A DNA stretch of 41,385 nucleotides from an uncultured Mediterraneibacter sp. (GTDB taxonomy: Bacteria; Bacillota; Clostridia; Lachnospirales; Lachnospiraceae), in assembly GCA_944377705.1 (NCBI GenBank), contig CALWFS010000001.1, forward strand, positions 1 through 41,385, in the 5' to 3' direction. Position 1 is the stretch's first letter. Each line of letters starts with the position of its first letter. The translations under genes were made by a program, and so were the position numbers. Below the pieces are notes generated by a model. The model was not told the DNA's origin. It saw only the letters and a list, made by a program, of their open reading frames with translations, and did no database searches. Shown here piece by piece: positions 1-8,251 of this stretch.

Positions 1-45
1 ATCCGCTAATACATCTCTTTTCTGAGTATGTCCTTTACGTGGCAC
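1..45 (-). CDS. rpsG: 30S ribosomal protein S7, 5' end only (runs off the window)
   Basis: Reverse complement reads AAGGAGGG RBS, then GTG and MPRKGHTQKRDVLAD, the S7 N-terminus; lies downstream of rpsL. Confidence 0.95.
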   Translation of the reverse strand, partial: MPRKGHTQKRDVLAD

Positions 46-254
46 GGTCCTTCCCTCCTTAATCATATTTTCCGGTTAAACCGGGATTAATTCATCGGTA
101 CTCACATGTGTCTTTCTATGGAATCGCTTAGCATGTGCTCGCGGCCGCGGGACTATATCTGAATCCGCAACCTTTGCTTACTGAACTGCAAATGTTCAAT
201 AAGACACGATAATCATAGTTCTGTTTGTGATACGATTTAACTATCAGTTACTTA

Positions 255-674
255 TTATTTTGCGTCTTTCGGTCTCTTAGCGCCGTATTTAGAACGCGCC
301 TGACGTCTCTTCGCAACACCTGCCGTATCCAGTGTACCACGGATGATGTGGTATCTTGTACCAGGCAGGTCCTTAACTCTTCCTCCACGGATCATAACAA
401 CGCTATGCTCCTGAAGGTTGTGTCCCTCGCCCGGGATGTAGCTTGTTACTTCGATTCCGTTAGAAAGACGAACTCTGGCGATCTTTCTCAGAGCTGAGTT
501 AGGCTTCTTCGGTGTAGCAGTCTTAACAGCTGTGCAGACACCTCTCTTCTGCGGTGAAGATGTGTTTGTCGCACGTTTTCTCAGAGAGTTGTATCCTTTC
601 TGAAGTGCCGGTGCTGTAGACTTTTTCTCAGAAGTCTGACGTCCTTTTCTAACTAACTGGTTAAATGTTGGCAT
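255..674 (-). CDS. rpsL: 30S ribosomal protein S12
   Basis: [12 protein letters not shown] start, [10 protein letters not shown] and [10 protein letters not shown] motifs; GGAGG RBS. Confidence 0.99.
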   Translation of the reverse strand: MPTFNQLVRKGRQTSEKKSTAPALQKGYNSLRKRATNTSSPQKRGVCTAVKTATPKKPNSALRKIARVRLSNGIEVTSYIPGEGHNLQEHSVVMIRGGRVKDLPGTRYHIIRGTLDTAGVAKRRQARSKYGAKRPKDAK

Positions 675-799
675 TCCTTTTCACCTCCTATGAATTATTC
701 GTTGTCTCACGGCTCATGCCGCAAGTGGCTGCGGATAATTTTGTCATTATCCATTTTGAGCGCACAAAAAGAACGATGCCTTTCTATGCACGCTAAATT

Positions 800-828
800 A
801 GTTTATTACGTTTATTTTGGAAAGTCAA
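800..828 (-). promoter_or_regulatory. Putative sigma-A promoter of the rpsL-rpsG operon
   Basis: TTGACT-N17-TAAACT on the minus strand (823-828 and 800-805). Confidence 0.65.
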
Positions 829-841
829 GGGATTTTATGAT

Positions 842-888
842 AAAAAACCAGCTCCCGCCGAAAATATTCTGCCAGGGAACTGGTCTTT
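842..888 (-). terminator. Intrinsic terminator after cysK
   Basis: Minus strand ACCAGTTCCC...GGGAGCTGGT hairpin followed by TTTTT. Confidence 0.7.
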
Positions 889-914
889 CTGTAATTTTTA
901 CGCCATTATGCTTT

Positions 915-1844
915 TTATTCATCAAACAGGGGCGTGGAGAAATACCTCTCTGCAGTGTCCGGCAGCATGGTGACTACAGTCCTGCCTTCTCCAAGCTTCC
1001 TTGCCAGCTTCAGCGCTGCCGCTACATTTGTCCCGGATGAGATCCCGCACATGATCCCTTCTTTGGACGCCAGCTCACGGGAAGTCTGTATCGCCTCTTC
1101 ATCCGTCACAATGCAGATGTCATCGTAAATATCCCTGTTCAATATCGCCGGGATCACGCCGTCCCCTATCCCCATCTGGAGATGTGTTCCTATGGATCCC
1201 CCGGACAGGATCGCCGCATGTTCCGGCTCAACCGCCCAGATCACTATGTCAGGATTCTTCTCTCTGAGCACTTCCCCGATACCGGTGATGGTTCCTCCGG
1301 TGCCGATCCCTGAGCAGAATCCGTCGATGGGACAGTCTGCCTGCTCCAGGATCTCAGCCGCAGTCCGGGATCTGTGCACTGCCGGGTTCGCCGGATTCTC
1401 AAACTGCTGGGGCACAAATACCCTTGGATCTTCTTCAGCCATCTTTAAAGCGGTATTCAGACATTCCTCGATACATGCGCCGATATTTCCCGCGTCATGG
1501 ATCAGGATCACTTCCGCGCCGTAATGCCGTACCAGTTTCCTCCGCTCCTCACTGACAGAATCCGGCATAATGATCTTTGTCTGGTATCCCCGTACAGCTC
1601 CGACCAGCGCCAGACCGATCCCCTGGTTTCCGCTGGTCGGCTCTACAATGATGGTATCCTTATTGATCAGCCCTTTTTCTTCCGCATCACGGATCATATT
1701 GTATGCGGTTCTGGTTTTTATGGAACCGCCTACGTTCAGCCCCTCAAATTTAACAAGGATCTGCGCGCTCCCCTTTTCCACCATTCGTTCCAGACGGATC
1801 AGCGGCGTATTCCCCATTGCTTCAAGAATATTTTTATAGATCAC
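915..1844 (-). CDS. cysK: Cysteine synthase A (O-acetylserine sulfhydrylase, PLP-dependent)
   Basis: GNTPL, GSIKTR (PLP lysine), EPTSGNQG, GIGTGGT and ERYFST motifs. Confidence 0.9.
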   Translation of the reverse strand: MIYKNILEAMGNTPLIRLERMVEKGSAQILVKFEGLNVGGSIKTRTAYNMIRDAEEKGLINKDTIIVEPTSGNQGIGLALVGAVRGYQTKIIMPDSVSEERRKLVRHYGAEVILIHDAGNIGACIEECLNTALKMAEEDPRVFVPQQFENPANPAVHRSRTAAEILEQADCPIDGFCSGIGTGGTITGIGEVLREKNPDIVIWAVEPEHAAILSGGSIGTHLQMGIGDGVIPAILNRDIYDDICIVTDEEAIQTSRELASKEGIMCGISSGTNVAAALKLARKLGEGRTVVTMLPDTAERYFSTPLFDE

Positions 1845-1888
1845 TCTCGGTCCCTTGCCTTTCTGAAAATCTTTTCGCTGATTACCTT

Positions 1889-1917
1889 ATTATATTACGA
1901 CAGGCGTAATCCCTCAA
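1889..1917 (-). promoter_or_regulatory. Putative sigma-A promoter of cysK
   Basis: TTGAGG-N17-TATAAT on the minus strand. Confidence 0.55.
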
Positions 1918-1972
1918 CTGATTTTCCGCAAAAACTTCATGGGAATATCTCCGAAATATGCCGCCCCACAGC

Positions 1973-2012
1973 AAAAGTCCCCTGAAGCCTCGCGGCGGCA
2001 GGGAACTTTTTT
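1973..2012 (-). terminator. Intrinsic terminator after proS
   Basis: Minus strand AAAAGTTCCCTG...CAGGGGACTTTT hairpin with A/T tracts on both sides. Confidence 0.65.
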
Positions 2013-2042
2013 ATTATTTTTTCCGCTTCCGGTGATTTTCTT

Positions 2043-3485
2043 TTAGTATGCTCTTCCCCAGTATACCATGTGCTTCGCCGGCTTGCCGCAGCACACGCAC
2101 ACATCAGAGAGCTGTTCCTCTTCCATAGGGATACATCTGGAAGTTACGCCGCCGGTCTGAGCTTTGATCTCATCCTCGCACGCTTCCTCTCCGCACCACA
2201 TTGCCCTGACAAATCCTTTTTTGTTCTGGACAGCGTCTTTCATCTCATCCATAGTCGTCGCAGAGCTGATGTGATCGTCCAGGAATGCCTTTGCCTTTGC
2301 ATACAGGTCTTTCTGGATCGTCTCAAGGATCTCGCCCAGCTTTGCAGTGATCTCATCGATCGCCACCACGATCTTCTCTCTCGTATCGCGGCGCACCACT
2401 ACGACCTGTCCGTTTTCGATATCCTTCGGACCGATCTCGATACGAGCCGGGATACCGAGCATCTCCTGCTCGCTGAACTTCCAGCCCGGGCTCTTCTCGG
2501 AATCATCGATCTTCGCACGGTAACCTGCTGCCTTCAATGCGTCAAGCAGTTCATTTGCTTTGTCAAGCACACCTTCTTTGTGCTGCGCGATCGGGATGAC
2601 TCTCACCTGTACCGGCGCGATCCTCGGCGGAAGGACCAGACCGCTGTCGTCTCCGTGCACCATGATGATCGCCCCGATGATCCTTGTGGATAAGCCCCAG
2701 GAGGTCTCATAGACACTGTGCAGCTCATTGTTCTTATCTGCATATTTAATATTGAACGCATCCGGGAACGCATTTCCGAAGAAGTGGCTTGTCGCAGACT
2801 GGAGCGCCTGTCCGTCATGCATCAGCGCTTCTATGGTGTAAGTGTCCTGAGCTCCCGCAAACTTCTCGCTCTCGGTTTTTCTTCCCGCAACGACCGGGAT
2901 CGCCAGGTCTTCCTCAACAAAGCTCTTATACACTTCCCACATCAGCTTTGTGCGCTCTTCCGCCTCTTCATATGTGGCGTGGATCGTATGTCCTTCCTGC
3001 CACAGGAACTCTCTGGAACGCAGGAACGGCCTTGTGGTCTTCTCCCAGCGGAGCACTGAACACCACTGATTCCATACCTTCGGCAGGTCACGGTAAGACT
3101 GCACAGTCTTGCTCCACACATCACAGAACAGAGTCTCAGATGTCGGACGGATACAGAACCTCTCCTGAAGCTGCTCCATACCTCCGTGTGTTACCCATGC
3201 CACTTCCGGCGCAAAACCTTCGATATGATCCTTTTCCTTCTGGAGCAGGCTCTCCGGGATCAGCACGGGGAGATAGACATTCTCCACACCTGTATCCTTA
3301 AAACGCTTGTCCAGATCCGCCTGGATATTCTCCCACAGCGCATAACCGTTGGGCAGGTAGTTCAGGCATCCCTTTACGCCTGAATAATCACACAGCTTTG
3401 CCTCACGCACAACGTCTGTATACCACTGTGCGAAGTCCTCATCTCTGGAAGTGATCGACTGTACCAGTTTCTTTTCCTTTGCCAT
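2043..3485 (-). CDS. proS: Proline--tRNA ligase (archaeal/eukaryote-like short form, no INS editing domain)
   Basis: [55 protein letters not shown]-terminal CVCC and WGRAY; upstream T-box with a Pro codon. Confidence 0.97.
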   Translation of the reverse strand: MAKEKKLVQSITSRDEDFAQWYTDVVREAKLCDYSGVKGCLNYLPNGYALWENIQADLDKRFKDTGVENVYLPVLIPESLLQKEKDHIEGFAPEVAWVTHGGMEQLQERFCIRPTSETLFCDVWSKTVQSYRDLPKVWNQWCSVLRWEKTTRPFLRSREFLWQEGHTIHATYEEAEERTKLMWEVYKSFVEEDLAIPVVAGRKTESEKFAGAQDTYTIEALMHDGQALQSATSHFFGNAFPDAFNIKYADKNNELHSVYETSWGLSTRIIGAIIMVHGDDSGLVLPPRIAPVQVRVIPIAQHKEGVLDKANELLDALKAAGYRAKIDDSEKSPGWKFSEQEMLGIPARIEIGPKDIENGQVVVVRRDTREKIVVAIDEITAKLGEILETIQKDLYAKAKAFLDDHISSATTMDEMKDAVQNKKGFVRAMWCGEEACEDEIKAQTGGVTSRCIPMEEEQLSDVCVCCGKPAKHMVYWGRAY

Positions 3486-3536
3486 TTTCTCTTCTCCTTT
3501 TTTGATACAATATTAGTGAAAATGCGTTTTATCTCC

Positions 3537-3705
3537 ATGTGGCAGCTCGAATTCACTGTCTCATCCCAAATCCGCATGCGGCAGTTCGAATCCGCTGCTT
3601 TGCAGTTCCTTCTCGCTGTATGGCGTCCGCCATATGCCAGCTGATATGGATTCAGAAATCTGCAGGTACGCCTGCATTTCTGAATCCATATCAGCTGCCG
3701 CATGC
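3537..3705. repeat. REP-like palindromic insert in the proS leader
   Basis: 22 bp perfect stem CAGCTGATATGGATTCAGAAAT / ATTTCTGAATCCATATCAGCTG (3638-3697); imperfect direct repeats at about 3537-3558 and 3576-3597. Confidence 0.7.
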
Positions 3706-3715
3706 TCAGACTTGT

Positions 3716-3987
3716 AAAACAAAACGCCGGGACATCTCAGTCCCTGTAAAACAAGGGACCGGATCTCCCGGCGGTACCACCCTAATTAACTGCGCCTTGC
3801 ACTGATTCATAGAAATAGAATCCGCCTTCTGCGCGGTTCGCTCTTTTGCCCTTAACGCAGGCTCTACGCCGCACTTTCATGCAGAAGCTCCCGGGCCGGT
3901 TCTATATGTTCCTGCACAAGGCTCGCACCATCCGCCTTCTCTCTGAGGCATTCCTTCATATATACTGATCCCGTTCATCACTGTCCG
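3716..3987 (-). ncRNA. T-box riboswitch (proline-specific) with terminator/antiterminator
   Basis: Minus strand AATTAGGGTGGTACCGCC T-box (3770-3787); stem I AGAGA and GGTGCGA motifs; GAA followed by specifier codon CCG (3897-3899); terminator CGCCGGGA...TCCCGGCG-TTTTGTTTT. Confidence 0.92.
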
Positions 3988-3995
3988 TAACTGTG

Positions 3996-4024
3996 ATTTT
4001 AGCGAATTAATGCCGCGTTGTCAA
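3996..4024 (-). promoter_or_regulatory. Sigma-A promoter of the T-box/proS transcript
   Basis: TTGACA-N17-TAAAAT on the minus strand, directly upstream of T-box stem I. Confidence 0.8.
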
Positions 4025-4069
4025 TCCGAAAAATTTTTTCGATGCAGTCCACCTCTTCTCTATCTCCAA

Positions 4070-4684
4070 CTACTTCTCCCTATCAGCCCGTATCATATCC
4101 ATCAACACATTCATCTGCAAGATTTGATAATTTTCGTTGATCTTATGTACCAGATACTCACACATGCCCTCACCGAATTCCGTTTCCGTCTTCAGATCTC
4201 TTTTCATCGCCTCCGGCGACAAATGCTGCATAATATAATATCCAATCAAACCATCCAGCACCCGGGCTGTATTATAAAAAGAATCCAGAGTCGCAAATCC
4301 CAATTCATCATAGGCATTCGCAAATTGCCGATCAAAATATACGATTGCATTGTCAAACAGATAATCAACGACTTTCTTTGCCTTTTTTTCATCACTGCTC
4401 TGTATTTTTCTCAGTTCAGAAACCTCAAAGAAAATTTCCAGCGAACTTATAACATCCTCAAGCAGCCACGAACTGTCATCTGCCATATATGTTTTAAAAA
4501 CGCTTTTCGCCTGTTTTGCATCTTTCTTATAAGCTTCCCTTGCTGCAGAAAAAAGTTCATTAAAAGCACTGACCAGTTCTTTGTTTTCGGGCGGTGTATC
4601 TTTCTTTTGTTCTTCCCGCACTGTCTGCGCCCAGTTATCATCAATTTCTTTCAGTTGTTCAAATTTTTCTATCAATAAATTCAT
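4070..4684 (-). CDS. Hypothetical, predicted all-helical acidic protein (about 204 aa)
   Basis: Long ORF; ATG at 4684 overlaps the upstream TGA (ATGA) and has a GGGAG RBS; no recognised motif. Confidence 0.75.
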   Translation of the reverse strand: MNLLIEKFEQLKEIDDNWAQTVREEQKKDTPPENKELVSAFNELFSAAREAYKKDAKQAKSVFKTYMADDSSWLLEDVISSLEIFFEVSELRKIQSSDEKKAKKVVDYLFDNAIVYFDRQFANAYDELGFATLDSFYNTARVLDGLIGYYIMQHLSPEAMKRDLKTETEFGEGMCEYLVHKINENYQILQMNVLMDMIRADREK

Positions 4685-5445
4685 AGGCACTCTCCCGCAT
4701 CACTAAGCATCCTCATAAACCCTTTTTCAGCCGCCCACTTCTTATCCAATCCGTCAAGGTTAGTTTTCAGTCTGTAATTCACGTACGAAGGAAACGTCTC
4801 TTCCTGTTCTTTTTCTCTTGTAATCTTCCAGGCAGCAACGCTGAAACTGTCCGGATCAATATCCCACTCTTTATCGATATCCGGCCGAACTTGCTTTAAA
4901 TATTTACGTCCGGCATTAGTCAGATTATAGAAACAACACCTGCCACTTTCAATTTTTTCAACGCACTCTGCATCCCTTAATACATTGAGCAGATCACTGA
5001 GTGTACTTCCCGCGATTCCCAGACTGTCTTTCAGTTCTTTATGCTGAACATGCGCGTGTCTGTACAGGTAAACCAAAACTCTTCTTGCCTTTTCATACCG
5101 TTTTTCAATCAATATTATCTGATCTGCGAATTCTCTTTTTTGTTCTTCAGCCTGCACAAGTTTATTAAACACATTATATGTCTGAACCAGCTTAGCGGAT
5201 ATTACGATTGACTGATCACCATAGTTTCTCAGTTCATTTGTCAATGTTTTTCTCAAACTGCGCTGTTCCTGAAGCAATCGGTTTATCTCTCCAAAGTCAC
5301 GCTCAAAATATGCTTGAAAATATGTATTTGTACTTTCCATCAATAGTTTTTGTAAAATATCCAGCATAACATTGCTTATTGCCGCACTACCGTTTTTTAT
5401 GCTTTTTTCTAATTCTGCGATAATAAACTTTCTTTCTTCTTTCAT
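4681..5445 (-). CDS. Winged-helix (MarR/ArsR-like) domain protein with N-terminal helical extension
   Basis: RVLVYLYRHAHVQHKELKDSLGIAGSTLSDLLNVLRDAECVEK...YNLTNAGRKYL fits a wHTH; GGGAGG RBS. Confidence 0.75.
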   Translation of the reverse strand: MKEERKFIIAELEKSIKNGSAAISNVMLDILQKLLMESTNTYFQAYFERDFGEINRLLQEQRSLRKTLTNELRNYGDQSIVISAKLVQTYNVFNKLVQAEEQKREFADQIILIEKRYEKARRVLVYLYRHAHVQHKELKDSLGIAGSTLSDLLNVLRDAECVEKIESGRCCFYNLTNAGRKYLKQVRPDIDKEWDIDPDSFSVAAWKITREKEQEETFPSYVNYRLKTNLDGLDKKWAAEKGFMRMLSDAGECL

Positions 5446-5463
5446 GAGCCTCCCGCCTTTTTA

Positions 5464-6870
5464 TTATTTTAATGGAATCTCAGCATAATAAATGCAATTT
5501 TTGCAATTTTCTCTGCCACATTTTGTTTTCCCCTTGAAAATCTGCTTAAATGATTTAGGATCAAGCGGCTCACACTGCTTACTCAATGTAGTAATTACAC
5601 CTATAATCTCAAAATTTCTATCTTTTGCTGTCTCATGTGCCGCTGAACAGGTATTACACCAGACTAAATTACAGCTCTGCTTAAAAAACGCTTCCGCCAA
5701 AGTTTCAAAATGAAAACTTCCGGTCGAAAAAGAAGGCGTACATACAAGTGTCGGACGTATATTTTTCATGATCCTCTCTTGATTTTCTTCGTCGAGATAA
5801 TCATAACAGATAACTATACATATCCTCCCCAGTCCTTCCACATGTATGATATTCAAAATATTGTTTTTATCCCTGTCGCGGTTGATGTCCTCATACACCG
5901 GGCCACCTGCTGTATCATATTTATAATCACAGCGCTTATGCTGCTCAAACAGGACTTCTTCTCCATTCAAAATTATATAACTCTTATTTGTATTGGCCAG
6001 ATCGTTTTCTGTCTTCTCCCAAACAGACGGAAAAACAATCAGGGCCGGAACATCTGTTTCCCGATCACTTTCCAATGCTTCCCTCACCTTACGCAACATT
6101 TCCTTTGTCCCCAGCATTTCAGGAAACACAAGAATATCAGTCTCCTGCGCTCCGGCAATATGAATATTTTCAATCACCTGCTTTGTGATCAGCGCTTCCC
6201 CAAGAATCCTTTCCACACGGAACATCTTTTGCGCGATCCCTGTCCTCCCGTTGATCCCATCATAAGGAGCACTGAATTCAACCGTCCTTTCCCTGGTTAT
6301 GGGCGAAACTGCGATTTTCAGGCTTCTTTTTTCGGTTCTCATGACAGCCCGCCAATCCAATATGTAATTTTTAAGCCGCATCCCATCCAGTCTGTTCTGA
6401 TCTATGTAGTAAAAATTGTGAAGAAATCCATTCAGACCTTTTCCCGGCTGCCGCATTTCCCAGCTGCATTTCGCTTTTTTCAAAATTATGATATGGGTAT
6501 CATGAAAATTAGAATTCAGAGCATCACATATCTCAACATCATCCTCAAATCCAATCATCTGATTATAGCAATCTTCAATCCCCCGGTCCATATAATAAAG
6601 AAGCAGGTGTAGCATCGCAGCGTCATCTCTGGCAAGCACTTGCGATACAGCCGAAGAAAAGTCCTCACCAATATCACTTATCATAAGGCTTCCTGCTGTT
6701 CTGTTGTCCCTGATCAATTTGGGGAAAAGACTAATTAAGTCAAAATAAATCTGATTATTTCTATCACTTAACAAACTTACGAAATCTTTTTCATGCAATA
6801 TTTCTTTATCTTCGATTCGCCGAATCATTGCTGCCATCTGGTCAAAATACCTTACCAGCTGTTTTATCAT
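5464..6870 (-). CDS. Carbon-nitrogen hydrolase (nitrilase-fold) domain protein with uncharacterised N-terminal region
   Basis: DILVFPEM (Glu), EQHKR (Lys) and ICIVICYDY (Cys) triad motifs; start moved from 6930 to ATG 6870, which has an AAAGGGG RBS and lies downstream of a consensus-like promoter. Confidence 0.8.
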   Translation of the reverse strand: MIKQLVRYFDQMAAMIRRIEDKEILHEKDFVSLLSDRNNQIYFDLISLFPKLIRDNRTAGSLMISDIGEDFSSAVSQVLARDDAAMLHLLLYYMDRGIEDCYNQMIGFEDDVEICDALNSNFHDTHIIILKKAKCSWEMRQPGKGLNGFLHNFYYIDQNRLDGMRLKNYILDWRAVMRTEKRSLKIAVSPITRERTVEFSAPYDGINGRTGIAQKMFRVERILGEALITKQVIENIHIAGAQETDILVFPEMLGTKEMLRKVREALESDRETDVPALIVFPSVWEKTENDLANTNKSYIILNGEEVLFEQHKRCDYKYDTAGGPVYEDINRDRDKNNILNIIHVEGLGRICIVICYDYLDEENQERIMKNIRPTLVCTPSFSTGSFHFETLAEAFFKQSCNLVWCNTCSAAHETAKDRNFEIIGVITTLSKQCEPLDPKSFKQIFKGKTKCGRENCKNCIYYAEIPLK

Positions 6871-6892
6871 GGGTGCCCCTTTCTGTGCCCTT

Positions 6893-6921
6893 ATTATATC
6901 ATTTAGGTCATAACTATTCAA
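6893..6921 (-). promoter_or_regulatory. Sigma-A promoter of the three-gene cassette
   Basis: TTGAAT-N17-TATAAT with extended -10 TG (TGATATAAT) on the minus strand. Confidence 0.7.
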
Positions 6922-6955
6922 CATAATCATTCGGAATTATTCGGCAACATGATAT

Positions 6956-6999
6956 AAAAAAGGACAAACTTCCCCTGCATATCTCCGAGAAAGTTTGCC
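6956..6999 (-). terminator. Intrinsic terminator after telA
   Basis: Minus strand GGCAAACTTTCTC...GGGGAAGTTTGTCC followed by TTTTTT. Confidence 0.65.
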
Positions 7000-7052
7000 A
7001 CCACATGATCATACTAACATATTCTAAGAAAATGCTCAAGAATATATAATCT

Positions 7053-8189
7053 TTATCCCTGTATCTGCAACAGCTTGTTTTTAAGCTCTGTCTCCATATT
7101 TTTCAGTTCTGTCTCGGCTGCCGCTCTCTTTTCCCTTCCCTCTCTCTGGATATTCATCACCTCGTCCAGAGTCGAGATCAGAGACTCATTTGTCGCTTTC
7201 AGCGTCTCAATATCCACGATCCCCCTCTCGGACGCCTTCGCCGTCTCCACAGTAGCCATTTTAAGCTTCTCCGCATTCTTTTTCAGCAGTTCATTCGTCA
7301 TATCTGTCACCTGGCGCTGAGCCTCTACTGCCTGTGCGGAATGTTCCACACCAAGCGCAAGTACCATCTGGCTCTTCCACAGCGGAATCGTATTCACGAT
7401 TGTTGACTGGATCTTCTCAACCATCTGCGTGTCATTATTCTGCACAAGGCGGATCTGCGGGGCGGTCTGGATGGAGATCATCCTGGTCAGCTCCAGGTCG
7501 TGGATCTTCTTCTCAAAACGCAGGCACATAGACTCCAGATCCCGGGCAGCCTGGGCGTCCTCCGGCAGACCGGACGCCTGGGCTTTCTGAGTGAGCTGCG
7601 CAAGCTGTGTGTTCCTCACTTCCGCCAGTTTCTTCTTACCCGCTAATATATACATGGAAAGTTCTTTAAAATATGTCAGATTCAGCTCGTACATCTTGTC
7701 CAGCAGCGCCGTATCCTTCATAAGCTGTACCTGATGTTTTTCCAGCACTTTGACGATCTCATTCACATTAGCCTCTGCTTTCGCATACTTTGCTTTCATA
7801 GACTCAATCTTGTTTGACGCTTTCTTAAAAATGCCGAAAAATCCTTTTTCTTCTTCGTCGTCAAAACTCTTGAGCTCTGTCACAACTCCGGAAAGCAGTT
7901 CTCCCACTTCGCCCAGATCCTTGGACCTTACATTTTCAAGGGCAGACTCTGAAAAATCCGCCATCTTCTTCTGCGTTCCCGCCCCGTACTGGAGCACCAG
8001 AGCTGAATTTGTAAGGTCTATCTGCTGCGCGAACGAATCCACCATCCTGCGCTCTTCCTCTGTCAGCACGCTGTCATCCAGTGCCGGCTCCTCCTGCTGC
8101 ACCACAGGCGGCTTTTTCTGCTCCTGCGCCTGGAACGGGTCCAGTGTCAACGTCGGTGTTGTGCTCATGTCCTGAAACTCATTTCCCAT
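7053..8189 (-). CDS. telA: Toxic anion resistance protein, TelA/YaaN family
   Basis: LQYGAGTQKK, DLGEVGELL, QTAPQIRLVQNN, IPLWKSQMVLALG and ERGIVDIETLK motifs; GGAGGAG RBS before ATG 8189; paired with an xpaC-like gene. Confidence 0.88.
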   Translation of the reverse strand: MGNEFQDMSTTPTLTLDPFQAQEQKKPPVVQQEEPALDDSVLTEEERRMVDSFAQQIDLTNSALVLQYGAGTQKKMADFSESALENVRSKDLGEVGELLSGVVTELKSFDDEEEKGFFGIFKKASNKIESMKAKYAKAEANVNEIVKVLEKHQVQLMKDTALLDKMYELNLTYFKELSMYILAGKKKLAEVRNTQLAQLTQKAQASGLPEDAQAARDLESMCLRFEKKIHDLELTRMISIQTAPQIRLVQNNDTQMVEKIQSTIVNTIPLWKSQMVLALGVEHSAQAVEAQRQVTDMTNELLKKNAEKLKMATVETAKASERGIVDIETLKATNESLISTLDEVMNIQREGREKRAAAETELKNMETELKNKLLQIQG

Positions 8190-8251
8190 CTGTCTCTCCT
8201 CCATCTATCTTCTTTTTTTACGATATCATCTATTAAAAACCACTGATGTGC

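Noticed and set aside
3537-3705. Possible CRISPR mini-array
   Set aside because: Only two imperfect direct repeats about 17 nt apart, no regular spacers and no cas genes.
4010-4678. 222 aa plus-strand ORF (and the 300 aa ORF at 5710-6612)
   Set aside because: Antisense shadows of minus-strand genes that have RBSs, operon coupling and, for the nitrilase-fold gene, clear motifs; their own translations show no recognisable motifs.
6871-6930. N-terminal extension of the nitrilase-fold ORF from ATG 6930
   Set aside because: No RBS at 6930; the segment contains the promoter, and ATG 6870 has an RBS.
4025-7050. Integration signature (att sites, target duplication, integrase) around the cassette
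   Set aside because: No flanking direct repeats or recombinase gene found by eye, so mobility is inferred from composition only.
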